40,297 bases of DNA, taken from a virus. Taxonomy: Duplodnaviria > Caudoviricetes. Position 1 is the stretch's first letter; every line of letters starts with the position of its first letter. Made by a program: the position numbers and the translations under genes. The notes below the pieces were generated by a model. That model was not told where the DNA came from. It ran no database searches and saw nothing but the letters and a program-made list of their open reading frames with translations. Location of the stretch: the IMG/VR virus record IMGVR_UViG_3300021408_000173, positions 1-40,297 of that record. One strand, written 5' to 3'. Below, piece by piece: positions 34,453-40,297 of the stretch.

Positions 34453-36971
34453 CGCCCAGCCTCCTTGACGAACTTGTACATCATCCGACCATGCTTGTGG
34501 TACTTGATCCTTTTCCACCCGGCCTTGTTCAGCGTCTCCTCCGAGTCGAACAGCCGGGTGCCTAGCTGCCGTTCGTTGGACCACGGGCACTTCGCGCCGA
34601 TCATCTTGGCGAGGAGCCTGAAGTCCGTGAGGAGTTCCCGCGTCGTGCACTTCAACTCTATTTTGCTGCCCACCTTCTCAAACTTGAGGGACGAGCCGAG
34701 CAGTGAGCCGTGCCGGTCGTGTAGCGTGCTGATGAAGTAGAGCACGTCGTCGGTCCCCTCGTCCTGCTGCTGCTTCGCCTTCGTCTGGCTCTCCAGCCAA
34801 AAGTTGACCAGGTCGTGCGGCCGGCGGTAGAGCTTCAGGGGCATGTACCCCCAGAAGGCGTCGAGGATGATGCACATGAGGGCGAGGTACTCGTTGAACC
34901 GCTCTTTGCCGTGCGCGTGGAACTCCCGCATGATCCTGTGAACCTCTCCTGACCGGACCCTCGGCAGTATGTACTTGGACACCAGGAACAGGAGAGAGGA
35001 CATGATCTCGTTGCGGTGCTGCTTCAGCTGGCCGAACACCTTGGCCTCGTGAAAGTTGGCGCGGCCATACGCTTGGATGTCTAGACCGATCTCCATTGTC
35101 CTGTCGATCAGCTCGTGCCTGACGAAGGGCTCGATGCCGTTGGTAAGCACCAGGCAGTTCGTGTGCTCCATGATGACGCCGCGGTCGACCGAGACCTGGC
35201 GCTTCGCCTTCATCCCGCCCGTCGCTGCGATCAAAAGGAAATCAATAAGGGGGGCCGTCATGTTATGTGTCTCGATGTTGTCTAGGAGGAGGACGGGGTA
35301 GCGGCTTGCCATCTCGTACGTGGCCGCGACTGTCGAAGCCGAGTGGCTGAGAAGCTCCTCGCCATAGACCAGCAGACTGACGAGCTTCGACGCCGTGGAC
35401 TTCCCATACGCGGTCTTAGCGAGCAGCCTCACTATCGGCTTCGGCCGTATGTAGTCCCGGAAGAACCCACCCACTAGCCAACAGACCATGAGGTACCGGT
35501 CCTCGTCGGACATGGCCAGGTTCTGCATAAATAAATTCTCCAGATGCTGCAGCCCAGCCGCAGGCTTCGATGTTGGGAGCACGGGCACAGCCATGGCAGG
35601 GGTGGGGAGGTCCAGCAGTATCTTCTCCTTGTTGATCGCGTTCTTTATGTGGATCGCCGGGCCGTCGCCTATCTTCAGGAGCTTGTCCGTGCCGGCGTGG
35701 ACGTAGAGGTGCCCGTTGTCGTACATGGTCCACACGCCCGTCTTCGAGAACTCGCTCTGGTCGAAGGCGTTGTTCTTGACGTGCTGCATGATGAACTTCC
35801 CGGTGGTGGTGGCCTGGTTGATGAGGGGCGAGACCTTCGACAGGTAGGAGGTGAACGGGCCGAGCTCGGCGCTGACCTTCACGGCCTGGTACCCCTCGCG
35901 GACGTAGAAGAGCTCGCTGCCGACGCTCTTGAAGAACGCGCCCTTGTGCACGAGGTGGTCCCACACGGCGCCGGCCCTCTCGACGAGCGCCTCCTCCGAC
36001 TTCGAGACCTCCATCGCCACGAGGCCGGCGCCCGACCCGTTCAAGGGCACGGTCTTGTTCAGGAGGTCTGATCTCGACGCCGAGCCGATGAGGTCGCGCA
36101 GCTTCTCGGTGGTCCCGCCGTACCGCATGAACCAGTCGGTCAGGTCTTCCTTCTCTTCTTTGAGTGGTAGGGGCACGATCGCGCAAGTCTTGGCATATTT
36201 GGCGATGAGCTTTTGTCTAGCCTGAGCCCCCTTAAGTCCAGCTGCATCATTGTCGGGGATGACATAGACATCCTTGCCCTTAAACTGGCTAGACCATTCC
36301 GGTTTCCAAGTGAGAGCTCCTCCGGCCGGAGTGACCGCAGAGATACCATATTGGCAGGCCAGTATAGCATCCAGCTCTCCCTCCACCACAAACACCTTGT
36401 TGCCCCTAACACTTTCAATCGGATACAGACGTGCCGACCCGTATCCCTCCCGCCAGGATACCATCTTCGGACCGCCATCTTTGAACAGATCGTAGCGTCT
36501 AATGTTGACACACCAGCCCTCCTTGTTGAATATCGGGATGGTCAGGCGCTTGCCATCGTAGCCCAGCCTGAACCTGCGGGCGGTGTCCCGTGTTATACCC
36601 CTGATCTTCTCCAGCCTTGACAGCACAAGGTGGTTGGCGAGCAGCGCCTCGGCCGGCTTGCGGTACGCCTCAGGAGGAACCAACGGCTCTACAAATCTAC
36701 TCCAGAGCTGCCGCACCGCCTTGTTGAACGGGACCTTCTTGAAGTCCACCCAGAACGAAATCGGTGAGGTGCACTTGTACCCACAGCCGTGGCAGTACGC
36801 GCCACCTGTGTCCAAGAACACCTTCATAGAGGGATGGCTGTCCTCGCCCTTACCATGCTTCTCCGGGAACGGGCACGGCAGGTTGTCCTTGCCATTCCAG
36901 CCCTCGAAGAGTTCCTGGTAGAACTCCTTGACGTCCATCGCCTCGGTTATCTTCTTGACTCTAGAGTCCAT
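34449..36971 (-). CDS. Primase-helicase (CHC2 Zn finger, TOPRIM, P-loop domain)
   Basis: CPF..H...CHGC; VEGELD; PDND; AYGKST Walker A; LLLDN Walker B. Confidence 0.9.
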   Translation of the reverse strand: MDSRVKKITEAMDVKEFYQELFEGWNGKDNLPCPFPEKHGKGEDSHPSMKVFLDTGGAYCHGCGYKCTSPISFWVDFKKVPFNKAVRQLWSRFVEPLVPPEAYRKPAEALLANHLVLSRLEKIRGITRDTARRFRLGYDGKRLTIPIFNKEGWCVNIRRYDLFKDGGPKMVSWREGYGSARLYPIESVRGNKVFVVEGELDAILACQYGISAVTPAGGALTWKPEWSSQFKGKDVYVIPDNDAAGLKGAQARQKLIAKYAKTCAIVPLPLKEEKEDLTDWFMRYGGTTEKLRDLIGSASRSDLLNKTVPLNGSGAGLVAMEVSKSEEALVERAGAVWDHLVHKGAFFKSVGSELFYVREGYQAVKVSAELGPFTSYLSKVSPLINQATTTGKFIMQHVKNNAFDQSEFSKTGVWTMYDNGHLYVHAGTDKLLKIGDGPAIHIKNAINKEKILLDLPTPAMAVPVLPTSKPAAGLQHLENLFMQNLAMSDEDRYLMVCWLVGGFFRDYIRPKPIVRLLAKTAYGKSTASKLVSLLVYGEELLSHSASTVAATYEMASRYPVLLLDNIETHNMTAPLIDFLLIAATGGMKAKRQVSVDRGVIMEHTNCLVLTNGIEPFVRHELIDRTMEIGLDIQAYGRANFHEAKVFGQLKQHRNEIMSSLLFLVSKYILPRVRSGEVHRIMREFHAHGKERFNEYLALMCIILDAFWGYMPLKLYRRPHDLVNFWLESQTKAKQQQDEGTDDVLYFISTLHDRHGSLLGSSLKFEKVGSKIELKCTTRELLTDFRLLAKMIGAKCPWSNERQLGTRLFDSEETLNKAGWKRIKYHKHGRMMYKFVKEAGR

Positions 36972-37032
36972 AAAAGAGAGGTCCCCGTGGGGTGTCAGAC
37001 CTCACGAGCCCACACCGCCACGGGGGATTCTC
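36972..37032 (-). terminator. Long stem-loop with UUUU abutting the primase start (terminator/attenuator)
   Basis: CCCCGTGG-CGGTGT...ACACC-CCACGGGG then CTCTCTTTT ATG on the - strand. Confidence 0.6.
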
Positions 37033-37042
37033 ATATTCTCTC

Positions 37043-38074
37043 TTAGCCCAACCGTTTCTGCACGGCCTTGGCCAACAGCTTCAGCACGTCCTTGATACCG
37101 TCACCCTTCTTCATTTCAACCTTCAGGGCCTCGGCAAGAGGACTGATCTCGCTCATCTCCAGCTTCGCCTTCGCGTCATGCGCCAGCGCACAGAACGAGC
37201 GGAGGACGGCGCGGGGGTTCTTCAACTTCGTCGCGTCGAAGCCTAGCTCTTTGAGGGCAGCCTTGACTTTGGATGCGGGTAGGTCAGCAACGTCGTCGGG
37301 TTCTGGGACAACGAACTCGGTGTCGTCATCGTCCTCTTCCTCATCTTCGTCGTCTTCCTTGTCTTCCTTTTCATCCTTCTCTTCAGCTTCCTCTTCGTCC
37401 TCTTCCTCGTCGTCTTCCTCTTCATCTTCTTCTTTGACGAGCTCTAGCTTGGAGATGTCGACGCGGTACTTGTCGCCTTCTTCGGTCTTCACGCGCGCCT
37501 TGCCGTCGTCCATCAACTCGATGACTTCTCCAGTCTTGTCGCCCCACTTAACTTGGGAGCCTTCCTCGATCTCGGAGTCAGATTCTTTGTCTTCCTTTTC
37601 TTCCTTGTCGTCCTTCTCGTCGTCCGACTCTTCGCCCTCTTCGCTCTCGCCGATCAGGCGATTGACGTACACGTTAAGGAAGTCGTTCTTCGTTTTGACC
37701 TGACCCTCGAACGTCTTGCCGATCATCTGGTCGGCCACTTCGCCGTCGGTGATGTCGGAGATGTCCTCAGGCAGGGAGATGTTCATGCGGCTCAGCTTCT
37801 TCTTGAACCACCCCATGTTCTCGGACGTCTCGAGGTTGTCGTTGATCTCGATCTCGGTACCGATGAACTCCTCGGCCCCGCCCACGCACTTAAGCTGGGT
37901 CTTGAACGTCGGCTTCCCTTTGTCGGACATCTTGAAGCCGGTCACCCGGCCGTCTTTGCCCTTCTTAAGAACCTTGAACTGGTAGGTCCCGTCGGGCAAC
38001 TCGCCGCCGCCGGCAGAGTCCGCATCCTCCCACATCTTCTGAAGCATTGCTTTTTCTTTCGCGTTTACAGCCAT
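37043..38074 (-). CDS. ssDNA-binding-like protein (DUF669-like) with acidic tracts
   Basis: LPDGTY.F.V start; follows the Sak4-like ATPase; long D/E tracts; GAGGAGG RBS. Confidence 0.7.
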   Translation of the reverse strand: MAVNAKEKAMLQKMWEDADSAGGGELPDGTYQFKVLKKGKDGRVTGFKMSDKGKPTFKTQLKCVGGAEEFIGTEIEINDNLETSENMGWFKKKLSRMNISLPEDISDITDGEVADQMIGKTFEGQVKTKNDFLNVYVNRLIGESEEGEESDDEKDDKEEKEDKESDSEIEEGSQVKWGDKTGEVIELMDDGKARVKTEEGDKYRVDISKLELVKEEDEEEDDEEEDEEEAEEKDEKEDKEDDEDEEEDDDDTEFVVPEPDDVADLPASKVKAALKELGFDATKLKNPRAVLRSFCALAHDAKAKLEMSEISPLAEALKVEMKKGDGIKDVLKLLAKAVQKRLG

Positions 38075-38155
38075 TCGTTGCCTCCTCGTGTTTTTTAGAT
38101 AAAGACAGCCCAGGCCTGTGCACAGGATAATCCCCTGCACGGTGAGGTCCGCCCT

Positions 38156-38944
38156 TTACTTTCGTTTGAGAATTATTTTTTTACTACTGGATTTTTTGTT
38201 ACTGCTAGCTTTGCCGAGCAGGAAGCGCTCGACGAGTTGGAAGCCGCCTTCCTCTGGAATGACAAGAGACTCCGGCAGGCCTCCCTTTGTTCGGTCCTTG
38301 GCTTCGACTGTGCTCGTGGGCTGGAACTGCATGCGCCGTTCTAACTCTCCTGAGTCGGCAGCCTCGTCGCCGAACCCAAGGTAGGCCATGATGTCGGCCA
38401 TGGGGAACAGCACCTTGTACGCCTGGGAGTGCATGGCTGGGATTATCTTCGAGGTCCTGATCGCGCGGCCCTTCTCTTCGGTCGACTTCGAGTGGTCCAG
38501 GAAGAATAAACCATAAGGCAGCTTCGTCAGTTTATTGATCTCCAGATTGAACTCGGTCGTGACCAGGTCGTACGCCTTGCCGTAGGGTTCGTCGGACTGG
38601 TGCTCGATGCCGCGCTTATCAAGGATATACTTCCTACACATGAGGTACAGCGGGTCGATCGTGTCGATGGCGATCGCCGTGTAGCGCTTTGGTTTGTTGA
38701 GGATTAGATACTTAACAATTTTCTTGAAGTGCAGCCAGTCGTTGATGGTCTGCTTGAAGGCCTTGATGAACCGCAGACCTGGGTCCGTGGACAAGAAGAG
38801 GACGTTCTCGCACTGCGCCACGAACGACGACTTGCCTATGCCCGGAGGCCCGTAGACAATCCATATCATCTCCTGCATCACGGCGCCTTCCATCGTCTGG
38901 TCCTTGGGCAGCTCGAAATCCGATGTCTCTGTCGTCTTACTCAT
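38156..38944 (-). CDS. AAA_24 / Sak4-like recombination ATPase
   Basis: YGPPGIGKSS, IAIDTID, H, AKDR. Confidence 0.85.
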   Translation of the reverse strand: MSKTTETSDFELPKDQTMEGAVMQEMIWIVYGPPGIGKSSFVAQCENVLFLSTDPGLRFIKAFKQTINDWLHFKKIVKYLILNKPKRYTAIAIDTIDPLYLMCRKYILDKRGIEHQSDEPYGKAYDLVTTEFNLEINKLTKLPYGLFFLDHSKSTEEKGRAIRTSKIIPAMHSQAYKVLFPMADIMAYLGFGDEAADSGELERRMQFQPTSTVEAKDRTKGGLPESLVIPEEGGFQLVERFLLGKASSNKKSSSKKIILKRK

Positions 38945-39479
38945 GTTCTTCCCCCTCTGACAATTTTATGCACTCCACGCCGCAGGTCTCCAGCACCTCT
39001 ATCGCGGTCCCGCCCTCCGGCCACAACTCCTCGTACACGACCGTGTCGATCCCCGCGTTCACTATCTTCCGCGCGCACGGGACGCACGGGGACAGCAGGG
39101 TGTAGAGCGTGGCGCCCTCGACGGCCGTCCCGTGCCTGGCCGCCTGCACGATCGCGTTCTCCTCGGCGTGGCAGCACAGGCACCTCGCGTAGTCATCGCC
39201 GGCCGCCGCGCCCTCGGCGCACCGCGGGCACCCACCTTCGTCGCAGTTCTTCCATCCCCGCGGGGTCCCGTTGTACCCGACGGACAGGACGCGGCCGTCC
39301 TTCGCTAGGACCGCGCCGACCGCCCTCTTCACGCACGCGGAGCGGAGCGCCACCGTCCCGGCGAGCTGCATCAGCCAGGAACCTACGGATGGACGCGACC
39401 GCGCGAAGCTTTGCTTGGGCATCTCGCAGCCCGGCTTGCCGCACCACGGCGTCCTCGACAGCGGGTTGCAGACGCACAT
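38937..39479 (-). CDS. dCMP deaminase (ComEB-like)
   Basis: RSAC..R.VGAV, GYNG.P, HAEENA, PCVPC; start at ATG 39479 after GGAGG. Confidence 0.92.
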   Translation of the reverse strand: MCVCNPLSRTPWCGKPGCEMPKQSFARSRPSVGSWLMQLAGTVALRSACVKRAVGAVLAKDGRVLSVGYNGTPRGWKNCDEGGCPRCAEGAAAGDDYARCLCCHAEENAIVQAARHGTAVEGATLYTLLSPCVPCARKIVNAGIDTVVYEELWPEGGTAIEVLETCGVECIKLSEGEEHE

Positions 39480-40297
39480 CAGTCGGCCTCCTCTGCCGGG
39501 AGCTCCTCGTGGGCGCGGTCCTTGATGCGGTACAGCCCGAGGGTGTCGTCGTTTATCCCGTCGAGACACAGCTTCATGAAGGGGCAGACTCCCATCGCCG
39601 TGCACTGCGTGGTGTTCTGGTAGTAGTACTGCTCCTTCTCGCACCGGTCGACCTCGCCCAGGAACCTGGTGAGCTCCTCGTAGAAGCGGTCGATGTCGCG
39701 GGGGTCGAATGTCAGGGTCTCCCTGTAGAAGTAGTTGGAGGTGTTGATGAGGTACTCCTCGACGAGGCGCTTGCGGAACTGCTCTAGGGACTCGTTCTGC
39801 TTCAGGCGGATGCCCGGCTTCTTCACGACGTTGTAGACCACCTCGGTGATCCCGAGCTTCTCCTTGTTCTTGGCCCACACGTATCCGATGATCTGGTTGT
39901 CGAGCGGGAGCTTCGAGACGTAGCCGGCGTCGAGGCGCGACGTGGTCTTGTGCTCGACGAGCTTCACCTTCTTGGTCTTCTTGTGCCGGACGATCAAGTC
40001 GGTCTTGCCGCGGTACTGGAACACGGTGCCGTCAGGAAGCTTAATAGGAATGTCGAAGGCGGACTCGGCCTCAAGGACGTCCCAGTTCTTCAGGTCCTGC
40101 GGGAGCCATTGCTTCACGTACCCGCTTATCATCCCGAAGACGATGGACGACTGCACCCATATCTTGTCCGACTCCTCGGGCGTCAGCCCAGGCGACTCGC
40201 TCGACTTCTCGCACGCCTTCTCAGCAATCAATTTCTCCTGGTCAAGGTCGTACTTTCCCTTGGCGGTGTAGATACGGTCCATGGCGTCGTGGAACAA
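39479..40297 (-). CDS. PD-(D/E)XK (Cas4/RecB-like) exonuclease, 5'-truncated
   Basis: FH, E..F, GKTDL, EHKT, Q...Y, C....CPF..LC. Confidence 0.85.
   Translation of the reverse strand: MFHDAMDRIYTAKGKYDLDQEKLIAEKACEKSSESPGLTPEESDKIWVQSSIVFGMISGYVKQWLPQDLKNWDVLEAESAFDIPIKLPDGTVFQYRGKTDLIVRHKKTKKVKLVEHKTTSRLDAGYVSKLPLDNQIIGYVWAKNKEKLGITEVVYNVVKKPGIRLKQNESLEQFRKRLVEEYLINTSNYFYRETLTFDPRDIDRFYEELTRFLGEVDRCEKEQYYYQNTTQCTAMGVCPFMKLCLDGINDDTLGLYRIKDRAHEELPAEEAD

Larger units (their letters stand above)
1..40297. mobile_element. Tailed dsDNA bacteriophage genome (siphovirus-like), partial or permuted
   Basis: Complete ordered morphogenesis operon plus replication module; no host housekeeping genes; the last ORF runs off the right edge. 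Confidence 0.97.

Noticed and set aside
37320-37435. TCC/TCG/TCT-rich low-complexity DNA
   Set aside because: Simply encodes the Asp/Glu tract of the SSB-like protein
4296-38149. GTGAGGTC 8-mer in three intergenic regions (4296 +, 36998 -, 38142 +)
   Set aside because: Short, inconsistent orientation, plausible by chance
5350-38880. Dispersed motif as a Dcm (CCWGG) / Vsr mutational footprint
   Set aside because: Many copies end CCTGA rather than CCTGG, CTAG is still frequent, and this would not explain the AT-rich flank
1-40297. Many long alternative-frame and antisense ORFs (e.g. 19676..20905 -, 25509..26546 +, 38729..39787 +, 4437..5069 +)
   Set aside because: Arg/Gly/Pro-rich shadows of GC3-biased real genes, with no motifs or RBS
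1-40297. CRISPR array, tRNA, integrase/att site, DGR or retron reverse transcriptase
   Set aside because: No repeat-spacer array, cloverleaf, recombinase or RT motifs seen by eye; the Cas4-like nuclease is a normal phage recombination gene
1-40297. Stop-codon reassignment
   Set aside because: Core genes are full length in the standard code and use TAA, TAG and TGA as stops

Overview
The window is most of a GC-rich tailed dsDNA phage genome, probably a siphovirus: there is a tape measure and tail tube but no sheath. Two divergent transcription blocks start from an AT-rich control region at about 4296-4548. The + strand block (4549-29494) runs terminase, portal, head, neck, tail, fibres and lysis. 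The - strand blocks (1-4295 and 29593-40297) carry early accessory genes and a replication/nucleotide-metabolism module (PolA, primase-helicase, SSB-like, Sak4-like ATPase, PD-(D/E)XK nuclease). No integrase, repressor, tRNA or CRISPR array was seen. Best candidate for a new system: a thymidylate-synthase homologue with the dCMP-specifying Asp in place of the dUMP-specifying Asn. It sits with a DHFR-like ORF (possibly fused by a -1 frameshift), an orphan Vsr T:G mismatch endonuclease, two MazG-type pyrophosphatase candidates, a dCMP deaminase and the phage's own polymerase. Together these suggest nucleotide-level 5-methylcytosine synthesis with built-in deamination repair. Also notable: a dispersed AT-rich+CTCCTG motif that overrides codon bias, a Maf/DUF115 plus GT2 glycosyltransferase pair inside the tail operon, and signal-peptide proteins directly after the capsid gene. 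All family calls are by-eye motif recognition, not database searches.
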